Below, piece by piece: positions 37,200 through 49,702 of a DNA stretch of 64,000 nucleotides. This DNA is from Amphiscolops sp. MND2022 (lineage: Eukaryota): assembly GCA_964187785.1 (NCBI GenBank), contig OZ076409.1, positions 86,182,001 to 86,246,000 of the forward strand, given 5' to 3'. Within the stretch, counting starts at the first letter, position 1. The number at the start of each line of letters is the position of its first letter. The notes below the pieces were generated by a model that was not told the origin of the DNA, ran no database searches, and saw only the letters and a list, made by a program, of their open reading frames with translations. The position numbers were made by a program, and so were the translations under genes.

Positions 37200-38720
37200 C
37201 AAAAAGTACACAAGATGCAGAAAAAACGAAGATGTTGAAACATTTCGACTCCTTTGGAGTCATTCTGAAAAGTTTTTGAGGCAAAACATGCAATGTTTTC
37301 TTCAAAAATGTAATGCATAGCTCGTTTTTGTTGCTGAGTAGTGTTTGAACTTAGAACGAAAACTCTCGGGAAATGTACAGAATTTGCATCAAAAACAACA
37401 AAAACAGCAAGTTTTTTGAAAATTCAGGTCACTTTGATGCATTGTTTTTCTACAAATTGAACTTATCTTGTAACGAAAGCTAACCGAAACAACAAATTGG
37501 CCCATGCCTTAGGCGTTTCAATATTCTAGTCCAAGAAGTGTATCAAAAATTGAACTAAAATTGAACAAAGGTCGTTGAAGTTGAAAACTGACCAAAAACT
37601 AATCAAAAAGTACACAAAAAAATACGAAAACAAAGTTGTTGAAAGTTTTCGACTCCTTTGAGGTCATTCTGAAATATTTTTGGAGCAAAACACTGCATGC
37701 AACGTTCTCTTCAAAAAATGTAAAACAAAAGTCGTTCGTTCGTTGTTGAATTGACTGTACTGGAACTAAGAACGAAAACTCTCGGAAACTGTACAGAAAT
37801 TGCTTCAAAAACGACAAAAACTTCAAATTTTTTGACAGTTCAGTATCAGTTTGAGGCTTTTTCTTTTACAAAGTGAACTTATCTCGTGACCAAGCTCACT
37901 GAAACAACAAGTTTGCCCATCCTTTTTTTCTTTGTTGACCCTTTTCAACGTTTCAGTTGACGAAGTCTGTCAAAAAATTGGAAAAAAGTATAAAATCTTT
38001 GAAAACTGGAAAACATTGGGATTTTTGTCAATTGCGGTGTTAATTTGAACAATTTTCGTTCAGAACATTGCAAATACCTCTTGATAAAAGACTACTGGAC
38101 AACTTTTTTTCCTTGTTGACCCTTTAAAACAATCCATTCCACGAAGTTTGTCGAAACTTTAACAAAAAAAGTATAAAAACCTTGAAAATTAGAAATTTTC
38201 GTGTTTTTGTCATTTTCGGTGTTAATGCCAAACATTTTCACATATCACTTATAAAACTGCAATCAACTCTTCGGAAAAGCCTACTGGGCATCATATTTGT
38301 TCTTTGTTGGCCCTTTTCAACGTTCCAGTCCACAAAGTCTGTTGAAAACTTGGGAAAAAAGCATAAAGTCCTTGAAAATGGGAAAAGTTAAGGATTTTTG
38401 TCATTTTGGGTGTCATTTTGAGATATTTTCATTTAAAAATGCAATAAACTCTTCCAAATTGACTACTGGACAACTAACCTCTTCCTTGTTGACCCATTAA
38501 AAGATTCCAATCCACGAAGTCTGTCAAAAGGTTGACGAAAAATACGTAAAATACGTATGGAAAATTTTGAGATTTTTGTCATTTTTGGTGTCAATTTGAG
38601 ATTTTTTTCATGTAAAAAACAGCAGTTATCTCTTCGGAAAACCCTACTGGACAACAAACTATCGTCATGCTGGGCGTTTTCAACAATTTAATCCACGACT
38701 CTTTCCAAAAATCGACAAAA
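37200..38720. repeat. Diverged tandem repeats: ~400-bp-period duplication, then ~180-190-bp units (about 4 copies)
   Basis: caaaaagtacaca...ttcgactccttt at ~37200 and ~37604; ttgttgaccc...gaagtctgtc...ctactggaca units at ~37932, 38113, 38304, 38486 and 38667. Confidence 0.7.
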
Positions 38721-39456
38721 TTTGCATTAGAACATAAACAATTTGAAAACTTTTGCAAATTTTTTCTTTTTGGGGTCGTTTTGGGTCATTCTGGGGTCAT
38801 TTTGTGCTCCTTGGAGTCAACTAAAAAAGTCCGGAAATCTCCACAAACACAAATCGCACGAAGCTAAGTTTTTGTGAGTTGAAGTCAATGGGTAACACCC
38901 TTAAAGTTAAATATAAATTTTGTGCTTGGCAAATTTAGTAAAAAAAAACCGTTTGATTTTAATATTTTGTTTTCCCATATGAAATATGGACGGAAAATAC
39001 CAAAAAAAATCAAGTGTTTCAGAGCAAGCACTCGTGCGTAGATGATGTTCAACCCGAATCATGGCTGTGAATTCGCTCCACGCCACGCTTGGCCGAGCTA
39101 TTTTCATCCGACCAAATGAAAATCAATATCCAAGATCATCGCAGTGGTATATCTAAACCCGAGAAGTAATCACTTCGGAAACTTTGGAAATGAAATTCAA
39201 ACTTTCGGTCACATATTAGAATAGAAGTTGAAGATATTAACAGTATCGATGATTGTTGCACTGTAGAATTGTTTTTTTTCGGTTTGAAGACCTTGAAGGA
39301 AAGACAAAAAATTCATTGTTTTAAAAATTAGCTTGAATTAACGCGAGGTGAGTGTTTCAGTTTTAAAAAGTTTGAAACACTATGTTGAGAATTTTCGCAA
39401 TATTATGATTCAGTTTTGAAAGGGTTTAGGTTTTAACTTTGATTGAATTTTGTTCT

Positions 39457-41638
39457 TGTCGTAAGCACGCGCGTTTGTGGATGTAGTTGGACCGTCTTTC
39501 TGACAGTCCATAAATGGCTTACTTCTCGAGTTATCTCTGGAATCTGAGTTTCGCAGAACTTCGGAATATCCTTCCGGTCTCTCGGCCGGAACGTTCCATC
39601 TTTCTCTGGTCAAATGTCCCGATCCGGCCACAATGGCATTTTGAATCTGGGGTAAAACCTGATTGCTAATTGCATCATTTATGGCTCTCTGTATCTGAAC
39701 ACTGACACTATTCATCATCTCGTCCATCTCTCTAGATATTCGGGAATTCAATTCACTCGACAGTCTATTTATCTCAGCACTAGAATTACCTCCAGCAGAG
39801 TTTTGGCCGTAATCGGCATTTGGACTAAGTCCGTCATTTCTTGAAATTAAGTACCTGTTTTCATCATTATTTTCAAATTGATCACCAAAAGTATTTTCAG
39901 GTCTTCTGGTTTGATTACTACTGAGGCTTTCATCTCTCTCATTTCTACTGAAATGGTTTTCTCCGAGCATCATATCTACATTTTCAATGTCCGAAATTAT
40001 CTCAACTCCTCTAGATTTTCTGGTTTTCTTCTGCTTTCTTGTTGTAGGCATTAGAAAGAAAGTCCGAGGTAAAACAGTGAATTAGGTTTTATTCGGAAAA
40101 TAGGATTTTGTACGTTGTATCGTAAACAGGTATATCAAACTAAACTTGGAGAAGCAAAATACAATTGTGTCCCTCTCGGAAAAATACCAATATATATATA
40201 CCCCTGAGAGGGTGACACTCACATTCCTTGCATGACAATCTATTTACAAATTCCATAAAGGGCACATGACCATGGCGGGTGACCACTAACATTCATTCAT
40301 TTTTAGCGGCGTCAACTGCATCAAAGCACTTAGGAATTTGTCCCGTCAGGGCCAAAGGGAATTCATACCTAATTCATTCGCAGCAAAATCATTTAAAGTT
40401 TACATAAAATATGGAATGCACTCAAATGCATTTTCTAACTGCAAATACTATCATCAAAGGGGAGCGGAGGAATTTAGCCTTATTATATTAGGCAAACAAC
40501 ACTTTGACCAAACATCAAAACTAATACTTTCAAATTGTTTACAGTGAGAGGAATGTAAACTATTTAGCGGCACGTGCCTACACACGTGCGTAGAATCAAC
40601 AAAACAAAGACACAGTTTCATGCAATAAAATGAACATAATATAGCAATATGGCCTAATACGGCCATTGGACTTGGGAGCTGGCCAATAGTGAAGGCCGGA
40701 ATAGGACAGGTGACGGGTATTCGGATTGCTACTACTGGTCGTTATTATTGCACTAATTGGATTTAAAAAGCTCATTAACATCTTCAAGTATATAAATATA
40801 ATCTTACATGACTGTAAAACAAACTCATTCATGCTTAAAAGCATCTCTAATAATAATAAGCAAAATGGCCTAAACCGGCCATTTGCCTTTTGTCCTGCAT
40901 TACCAATCTAATATAACGTCAAGTGGCCATATACGGCCAATCAATTAAAAATGTGTACAGCGCTTTACACAATCTGGCCTGAATAGACTAATTGCCTCGT
41001 ATTAAGTAAACATTATTAAAATACTGGTCAAACGGCCTTAACCGTCTGAAAGAGCTAAGTCTGTGGTGTAGTTAGTTAATACTGCACTAGAGAGTTATTC
41101 AGCCTAAGAGTACAAGCACATGAATCCTGGTTAATAATTAGCATCACAATTGCGCTTTTTGTGAAATGGCCGGAACCGGCCGTCTGACTGGATATTTATT
41201 AAAAGTAGCGAAGTTATGTCCACAGGCCTTATTCGGCCATTAATGAATGCAAGTATTAACTGCGTAGCAAATGGAGTAATTTGATTGGACAAGGCCGCGT
41301 GCTCAAGTGACGTATCTGGTACGGGATTTTATCAATAGCAACTATAATTAAAACAATTACCAATACTTCTTCTAACACTTTTAATCATGGCATCTGACGT
41401 ATTAAGACAGCTTCAAGTACTTTCCAAGAAAATACACAGCACTACTGATTAAATAGCACAGATTACTTGATAAAAGCTAAATAGGCCGGAACCGGCCATT
41501 GGACCAGCGTTCACGAGCATAGTAGTTAGATTAAGGCAAGCGGCCATAACCGGCCAATTATTGTATTGCTGAGAGATAATGCTAATACTAGCTATACTGC
41601 ACTGTGATTGGTTAATTTGCAGGAGGCAGCCTGCGACA
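39457..41638 (-). repeat. 3' LTR of element B
   Basis: Direct repeat of 45362-47542; contains the gag N-terminal ORF 39410-40051. Confidence 0.95.
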
Positions 41639-42996
41639 CTGCGGGTGGAATAAATAAAAACGACCCTGCATTAAGTCCATTCAAATAAGCTTCCTTCATA
41701 ATTGCTGTGACGTAGGCCGGCTCACCTCTTGGTGTTGATCTCCTTATCACTCCCGTCATCAGAATAGGTGTGAACAATGCTCAAGATGTTAATATCAAAT
41801 ACACTCGTCTCAAGTGGGTAATTAACGAGTCGCTTGGAGGCAATTAACGGCACGCACCAAAGGTTTCTCTTAAAATCGTTTTAGCCAATCAAAATTGACT
41901 TTCGATAAAATGGAAATTGGATAGTAAAATGGTGAAAATAATAACTAAAATAATCCAGAATGCGGAAATTCTAACTAAATGGTAATAAGGGCAACGGAAC
42001 AAAACGGCAAAACGGAACAAGGTAAATGGCCATATTCGGCTTCTAACTAACTAATTTGTAAATAATGAGCAATCTTCTGTACATTTCGCTGGCAGACTCC
42101 ATGCACAGTTTTAAATTCGTAAATAGCCATAAAATATTAACCCGGTAATCTCTTCAGCCACGAACTCCAACTTTTCAATTTTGATTATCATTAGTCTAAT
42201 TCCTTTTTTATTTGGATTTTTGTTCATTTGAATTCATCTTTACGACGTCCATCTCTCTCCGACTTCAACTTTGTTGCTGACTACATTTTCCTCGGAGTAT
42301 TCCGGAGCATCTTCCTCTTTTCAGCCGAGCTCGGCCACTTTCCCCAACTTCACCAGACGAATGAGGACGGTTACCCAGAAGGAGTTTCCATCACTGCAGG
42401 ATGTCTTCAAACACAAGTTGATCTGGATTTTTATTTTGAACTAATTTAACTTGATCAGGGTTAAAATTTGTTCACAAAATGCTTCCTGCTTCCATCACTA
42501 AACACGTGATAACACGTTTCATTCAAATTTTTAGAACACTTTCGAAAGGTTTCTGACGCGGCAAAATGGATTTCTTTCAAGGAAGCTAACCGCCAAATTT
42601 CATCTCTTTCTGTTTATAGAATCAGAACAAAGAGACTACTCGAACACCAGATCCCAATTCACCCGTGGGTACAGGTTATACTGTTGTGTTTTCACCGCCC
42701 CTGTTTCCTCCTCTTAGAGTAGAGAGGTCCCCAAGTAGTACTGACAGTGTTGATGTTACAGCTTACGCTGACGAAAAGGTCAGACTCCATGCAGAGGTTC
42801 AATTGCTAGAAGGGTCACAGGTCGCTGAATCATTCATGGCGACCAAGAGACAAAGGACGAAGAAGGAAGAAGGGTAGATGCAGTAGGAGGAGAAGTAGAA
42901 GGAGAGGTAGAAGCAGAGGGAGGAAGGACTTTAAAAATGAAAAGGAAAAGAAGAAAAGAGAGCAGTGTTCCTTCTTGGACGCTTATTAATCTTTTC

Positions 42997-44247
42997 CTAG
43001 TATCTGAAGTCTTCTGAGTAGTTTGGATTAGGATTAGGTCTCAAATTATATCTTCCACCTCTAGGACTCAGATTTTCATTCCCTTCATCATTTTGCGATA
43101 TTTCGGGCACGATAATATCATCCCCCCTTTTTGGAGATTTTTGTGCATCGCTTTCATTAGCAGAATTTCGTTCTGAAACATTTGCATTGTTTTCTTGTCT
43201 TTCGGACAGATTCGGCAAAGATTTTTCTGGATTTTTGTGGTAAACGGCCGAATCCGGCCAATCAGAGTTTTCATTTCTAGTAGCTTCACTATCTTCATTT
43301 GCATTGCTGACGTCACTTTTCAGTCGTTTATCTCGACTGTGCTCTGTATCGTTGACGTCATTCGGACAATCAGTCGTGATTATGTAATCCGCTTCATTCT
43401 CGCTTGCGTTATCTGCGTTCGCTTTTGCCGTACTCGGTCTTTCTTCATTCGGCAAGCTAGCCGGAATAGGCTCGTTGCCTCGTGTAGCTAGCTGTTCACC
43501 AAAGTTTGTTTCCCACGTAACTGTGTACAAATCGTCCTGCGGAATGACAATTTCTTCGTCCGGCAGTAACCGCTCTTCTCGGAAAATGTCCTCAAGCGGT
43601 TGATTGGGGACAAACTTTTTGAGGCGAACTCGATGCAAGATCTGAGTTTTAAGGTTACTGTTGGTTGACAGGGGTATACAGTCTGGTTCACCATTTTTGG
43701 TAATGAGTACATTCTGGAACTGTCTCTCGTCTAGTAGCGATTGTGGAATTGATTCTGCACAGTTTTCGATATTCTCGGTTCCCAAGGGGTTTGGAAACAC
43801 CGGATGGTTTAGCGCTCTGGTTTTCTTGTTATGGGTAATTGGAGGGTTCTCGTGGACTGTCTTGTTGCAATGTTCAATATCGTCTAGAACATATTGAAAT
43901 TGCAATAGATCCTGGTTGCAGATCTCAGTGTCCCAGTAGTGATCTCTTCCATAATCTGGGTCGATGTATGTAGGGTTGTAGTCGTCTACTAAGGGAATGG
44001 GCCTGAATCGGGTAGTAAAGGTAGTTGTGTAATCAGGATCCCAAACAGGAATTGATTTCTGGGACAAATGGGTATTATTATAGGTAATAATGATAGCTTT
44101 TTCAATTTGCTGCTGCCAGACAACAGAAGGATAGCCCATCAATTGTTGTTGGTAATTATGAAAGTTTTTGGTTTGAGGGTCCGATTTGATGTATTGACGG
44201 ACAGAGACTAGTTGGTTGTATTGGAGTGGTGGCGAAGCTAGTTTTTT
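42997..44247 (-). CDS. pol remnant of element B: pre-protease region fused in frame to the post-integrase tail, open from the -1 slippery site
   Basis: The -1 frame from A AAA AAC (44247-44241) is open through ORF 42997-44142. Junction CIPLSTNSNLK|TQILHRVRLKKFVPNQ, compared with element A YIPLMSAITLK and TQTLHRIRLRLYAPNQ. Confidence 0.8.
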   Translation of the reverse strand, partial: KKLASPPLQYNQLVSVRQYIKSDPQTKNFHNYQQQLMGYPSVVWQQQIEKAIIITYNNTHLSQKSIPVWDPDYTTTFTTRFRPIPLVDDYNPTYIDPDYGRDHYWDTEICNQDLLQFQYVLDDIEHCNKTVHENPPITHNKKTRALNHPVFPNPLGTENIENCAESIPQSLLDERQFQNVLITKNGEPDCIPLSTNSNLKTQILHRVRLKKFVPNQPLEDIFREERLLPDEEIVIPQDDLYTVTWETNFGEQLATRGNEPIPASLPNEERPSTAKANADNASENEADYIITTDCPNDVNDTEHSRDKRLKSDVSNANEDSEATRNENSDWPDSAVYHKNPEKSLPNLSERQENNANVSERNSANESDAQKSPKRGDDIIVPEISQNDEGNENLSPRGGRYNLRPNPNPNYSEDFRY

Positions 44248-45956
44248 GACTCATCTTTGCTTGATGAGGATTGGGAATTGGATGATGTTGGCTTGTGATG
44301 GGGTTTTGAGGATTTGGGGTCAGGATCGCTGTCCGACGAGTCCTCTGGCCTGGTGCGTTTGGGCTTGAGATGCGCACCAGCACCTTGCCAGCATCTCTCC
44401 TCAGGGTGGTTTGTCTTGCCACATGTCCCACATTTAGGATAAACCTTTTTCTGTGTGGGCTTGCCTTGTTGGGCATCTTTCTCCTTCTTCTTTTTGCGCT
44501 TTTCACAGTCTTTGACGATGTGGCCCTTTTCTTTGCAAGAGTTGCAGGTAATGTCACTCATTTGGACGTTTGATGGAACAGTTTTTGTTTTTGTGGCTGA
44601 AGACGTCATTGATGCCATTGGTAGGTCATCAGATTCTTCAAGCGCGTTTAGCTCCAATTCTCTCTCAAGATGAGCGACAATTTCGTCATAGGAGCCGTTG
44701 TCTAATCTGGCCATATTTACTGATCTTTTTTGCTTGGGCGGCAGTTTTGCGTATAGGAGACTGTCAATAATCTTTTGGGCATGGTCTCCGAATGCTTTTT
44801 CTGCGCCTTGATTCAGCTCTTCAAAAAAATGTGGTAGTTTTGTCGTATTTGGGTCAAATACCAGACGGTGCCATTTATGTTTGGCAGTTGCTTGAGATTC
44901 GGGTTTGACGTATTTCCGTCTGAAGATGACTAATACGTCCTCGAGAGTTTGTCTGTTAGCTGTGCTAATGTTTCGGAATGTTTGCAGAGCGTTGTTTCTC
45001 AAAAGCGAATGAAAATGATTAATTTTCATCTGCTCGGACATCAACTTGATCATCGTGTGGAATAGATATACGAACAGCCCGAACTTCTTGCTTTTGCCGT
45101 CAAAAGTCATAGTGTTTGAGTTGACTGGGCGGATAGTGGGTTGTTGGGCTGTTGGACGGTTCTGCATACTGGTCAAGACATCAGCTAGCCTGTTGATAGG
45201 GTCTTGTTCCGGGGCCGGAACGGTCCTTTCTTGTGCTGGGATCGTCGTGTCGAGCAGGGGATTGAGGTCATCATGAGATCGGTTGAGATGACTTCTTGAT
45301 GGCATTCGTCCCGTGAGAAACTCAGGAATATCAGTTGGAGATTCGTTTTCTCCTGTCACCATGTCGTAAGCACGCGAGTTTGTGGATGTAGTTGGACCGT
45401 CTTTCTGACAGTCCATAAATGGCTTACTTCTCGAGTTATCTCTGGAATCTGAGTTTCGCAGAACTTCGGAATATCCTTCCGGTCTCTCGGCCGGAACGTT
45501 CCATCTTTCTCTGGTCAAATGTCCCGATCCGGCCACAATGGCATTTTGAATCTGGGGTAAAACCTGATTGCTAATTGCATCATTTATGGCTCTCTGTATC
45601 TGAACACTGACACTATTCATCATCTCGTCCATCTCTCTAGATATTCGGGAATTCAATTCACTCGACAGTCTATTTATCTCAGCACTAGAATTACCTCCAG
45701 CAGAGTTTTGGCCGTAATCGGCATTTGGACTAAGTCCGTCATTTCTTGAAATTAAGTACCTGTTTTCATCATTATTTTCAAATTGATCACCAAAAGTATT
45801 TTCAGGTCTTCTGGTTTGATTACTACTGAGGCTTTCATCTCTCTCATTTCTACTGAAATGGTTTTCTCCGAGCATCATATCTACATTTTCAATGTCCGAA
45901 ATTATCTCAACTCCTCTAGATTTTCTGGTTTTCTTCTGCTTTCTTGTTGTAGGCAT
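44238..45956 (-). CDS. gag: Gag of element B, 572 aa, starting inside the 5' LTR
   Basis: TFDGKSKKFGLF...KINHFHSLLRNNALQ is homologous to element A gag; zinc knuckles CNSCKEKGHIVKDC and CGTCGKTNHPEERC. Confidence 0.92.
   Translation of the reverse strand: MPTTRKQKKTRKSRGVEIISDIENVDMMLGENHFSRNERDESLSSNQTRRPENTFGDQFENNDENRYLISRNDGLSPNADYGQNSAGGNSSAEINRLSSELNSRISREMDEMMNSVSVQIQRAINDAISNQVLPQIQNAIVAGSGHLTRERWNVPAERPEGYSEVLRNSDSRDNSRSKPFMDCQKDGPTTSTNSRAYDMVTGENESPTDIPEFLTGRMPSRSHLNRSHDDLNPLLDTTIPAQERTVPAPEQDPINRLADVLTSMQNRPTAQQPTIRPVNSNTMTFDGKSKKFGLFVYLFHTMIKLMSEQMKINHFHSLLRNNALQTFRNISTANRQTLEDVLVIFRRKYVKPESQATAKHKWHRLVFDPNTTKLPHFFEELNQGAEKAFGDHAQKIIDSLLYAKLPPKQKRSVNMARLDNGSYDEIVAHLERELELNALEESDDLPMASMTSSATKTKTVPSNVQMSDITCNSCKEKGHIVKDCEKRKKKKEKDAQQGKPTQKKVYPKCGTCGKTNHPEERCWQGAGAHLKPKRTRPEDSSDSDPDPKSSKPHHKPTSSNSQSSSSKDESKN
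45350..45361 (-). other. Primer-binding site TGGTGACAGGAG of element B
   Basis: Abuts the 5' LTR end; identical to the first 12 nt of the element A PBS. Confidence 0.75.
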
Positions 45957-47542
45957 TAGAAAGAAAGTCCGAGGTAAAACAGTGAATTAGGTTTTATTCG
46001 GAAAATAGGATTTTGTACGTTGTATCGTAAACAGGTATATCAAACTAAACTTGGAGAAGCAAAATACAATTGTGTCCCTCTCGGAAAAATACCAATATAT
46101 ATACCCCTGAGAGGGTGACACTCACATTCCTTGCATGACAATCTATTTACAAATTCCATAAAGGGCACATGACCATGGCGGGTGACCACTAACATTCATT
46201 CATTTTTAGCGGCGTCAACTGCATCAAAGCACTTAGGAATTTGTCCCGTCAGGGCCAAAGGGAATTCATACCTAATTCATTCACAGCAAAATCATTTAAA
46301 GTTTACATAAAATATGGAATGCACTCAAATGCATTTTCTAACTGCAAATACTATCATCAAAGGGGAGCGGAGGAATTTAGCCTTATTATATTAGGCAAAC
46401 AACACTTTGACCAAACATCAAAACTAATACTTTCAAATTGTTTACAGTGAGAGGAATGTAAACTATTTAGCGGCACGTGCCTACACACGTGCGTAGAATC
46501 AACAAAACAAAGACACAGTTTCATGCAATAGAAATGAACATAATATAGCAATATGGCCTAATACGGCCATTGGACTTGGGAGCTGGCCAATAGTGAAGGC
46601 CGGAATAGGACAGGTGACGGGTATTCGGATTGCTACTACTGGTCGTTATTATTGCACTAATTGGATTTAAAAAGCTCATTAACATCTTCAAGTATATAAA
46701 TATAATCTTACATGACTGTAAAACAAACTCATTCATGCTTAAAAGCATCTCTAATAATAATAAGCAAAATGGCCTAAACCGGCCATTTGCCTTTTGTCCT
46801 GCATTACCAATCTAATATAACGTCAAGTGGCCATATACGGCCAATCAATTAAAAATGTGTACAGCGCTTTACACAATCTGGCCTGAATAGGCTAATTGCC
46901 TCGTATTAAGTAAACATTATTAAAATACTGGTCAAACGGCCTTAACCGTCTGAAAGAGCTAAGTCTGTGGTGTAGTTAGTTAATACTGCACTAGAGAGTT
47001 ATTCAGCCTAAGAGTACAAGCACATGAATCCTGGTTAATAATTAGCATCACAATTGCGCTTTTTGTGAAATGGCCGGAACCGGCCGTCTGACTGGATATT
47101 TATTAAAAGTAGCGAAGTTATGTCCACAGGCCTTATTCGGCCATTAATGAATGGAAGTATTAACTGCGTAGCAAATGGAGTAATTTGATTGGACAAGGCC
47201 GCGTGCTCAAGTGACGTATCTGGTACGGGATTTTATCAATAGCAACTATAATTAAAACAATTACCAATACTTCTTCTAACACTTTTAATCATGGCATCTG
47301 ACATATTAAGACAGCTTCAAGTACTTTCCAAGAAAATACACAGCACTACTGATTAAATAGCACAGATTACTTGATAAAAGCTAAATAGGCCGGAACCGGC
47401 CATTGGACCAGCGTTCACGAGCATAGTAGTTAGATTAAGGCAAGCGGCCATAACCGGCCAAATAATGTATTGCTGAGAGATAATGCTAATACTAGCTATA
47501 CTGCACTGTGATTGGTTAATTTGCAGGAGGCAGCCTGCGACA
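45362..47542 (-). repeat. 5' LTR of element B
   Basis: About ten differences from 39457-41638 seen by eye. Confidence 0.95.
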
Positions 47543-47665
47543 GTTCTCGTTGACTAATCAAGCCTAACTAATCGAAATAATTTAGCAACATCATGCTACT
47601 GCTCCCGGTTTAGTGCTCAAACGATATAATAAAAAGTATAAATAAAAATTTATATTTAAATAACC

Positions 47666-47820
47666 AACAAGACGCTCGCTGAGCAGCGAGATATTTTCCG
47701 CCCCACGACATAAATTTGAGGCTCAAGAAAAGCCAATGCACTTTGAAAATGCAAAGAAGTTCGAAGAAAAGAAAATTTTGATTCAACTTAGCCCATTTTA
47801 AAGCAAACACCTCATTCATA
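47666..47820. mobile_element. HINE-like family 2 fragment
   Basis: aacaagacg + perfect hairpin CTCGCTG-AG-CAGCGAG + atattttccgcc. Confidence 0.45.
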
Positions 47821-49702
47821 AACACGCTAAGTACCTAATTGTTTTGTTGCTGAACAATGTGAATACCAGTACCTAACATACCAATAATTTTTCAGTCGAG
47901 GCTTTTCGTCAGGAAAGAGCGACTATAATCATGGGGAATGCGAAGATTTTCCCAGTTAAGAAAACAGAATTGGACAACTTTCAGTTTCTGTCGTATCCAA
48001 AATTACTTGTTTGGAGGCTTCATGAAATGTGCATTCTACTTCTGGTGATCATAGTTTGCCTTTAGCTGAATATTCTAGAGCAAGAAACCAGGAATGTTAT
48101 GGAAAACACCTAGTCACCTTGCAACATTGTTTTGGCCGAAAAACACATGGAGTCAGATTATTTCTGCGACACATTCCTGGGACAAGAAATACACCACCTC
48201 TCTGGCGTACCGAAATTGTATACATTTACACTGCAACTGTCTCCAATTTTCTGCTATCAAATTGACAAAATTTATACCTGCTTGGAATCGAACTAAAGAA
48301 TGCCTTCTACCGAGGCGTTGTACACTGTAGCCAATACGCTTTTCTCACATTTCTCTTGACATCTTAAATTTCAGCTAAATGTCGAACGTTTGATTCAGGT
48401 ACCCTTCGAGTGCCACTTTTTTCGACCACTTTCAGTGAATTTAAAAAGGAATTAAAAGGAATCACAGAATTCAACGTGATAGTTGAAGTTGACTCTATAA
48501 TTCCTTCAAAGCTGACTCTTTTTATTTGTCTAAATATTCAAGACGTAAAACTGAACTCGAACTACATACTTTTGGTACAAACTGTACAAACAACAATTTG
48601 GGTCAAGCTATAATCATAATTCATCAGGTGAAACAATGATCTCATTTACTGAGTCACATGAAATTGTTAATTTGTTGACTCCAAGACTCCAAGCAAACAC
48701 ACAATGGGTTACATCGTTTTTAGCAAGAAACATACGTTTTGCGAGCCTAAAGTGTCCTGCCTTTGGGTTTATCTGCACTGTGTGACAAAAAGTATTACTC
48801 GAAGAAACAACGTTTTTTACAAACTTCGATTGTTTGTTCAGCTAGTTTCAACTACTTCTACTGCATGGAGTCAGAAAGCTAACACACTCAAGAATGACAC
48901 AGCTTCCACACAGCTGCAAAAAAAATCCGCTGCCAATAATCTAAAGGGATGTCAGACTAAAAGTGACTGAAAAGTTCGGAAACGTTCATGTACTCGGGCT
49001 TTGGTCGAAGATAACTTCCCACGGTGCTGAAGTTCAACTATCTGAAAACTAACTTGTTCTTCAATTCCATTTCTATACATTAGAACAAATAAAGAATTGA
49101 AATTTTTCAATTTTGTGCTTTATTCGACACTTCCGATCGAAGTTTGTCGAAAACTGGAAGAACTTTGCGGTTTTCTGTGCCTCTAAAAAGGCGCCGACGT
49201 TTTCAGTTAAGAATTCAAATATCCAAGAACTAGTTTTCGTAAAAGATTTTTTTCATCCTTTGAGATCTTTGAACTTTTTGGAGAACCATCCATTTGGATG
49301 CCAAAACAAAACGAAATTTCATTTTTATTATGAGAAAAAACAAGCAGAGCAACTACAAGGATCAAGTCTTCTCTCATCTTAATCAAGTCACTTCAAAGCC
49401 ACTGCGTCAGGTAAACCACTGCTCGTTCACATGGCTGCAGAAATTAAACGGTATCCTGCTATTGGTAAATAATATTCAGAGAGAGCATTGACTTCCAAAA
49501 CAACGGCTCATTCGGTGTCCACTTGAAGAAATGGATTGAAGGGAACTTTATGAATATCAATTTTTGACCCATATATTCATGAGGTTCACTTATTGCGGAT
49601 TTTTTTCTGGATATAATTTAACAATATCTCTCGTTGCAGTTGCCTAACTTTTTACACGTTCTCAACAGTTGACAACAACTTTACTACGATTATCTAATAC
49701 CC

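Larger units (their letters stand above)
39457..47542 (-). mobile_element. Element B: non-autonomous gag-only Ty3/gypsy LTR element (8.1 kb)
   Basis: Nearly identical 2.18-kb LTRs; TG...CA termini; TSD GTTCT (39452-39456, 47543-47547); PBS; intact gag; no PR/RT/RH/IN motifs. Confidence 0.96.

Noticed and set aside
37930..38720. CRISPR-like array
   Set aside because: Whole units are diverged copies with no unique spacers; eukaryotic context with no cas genes.
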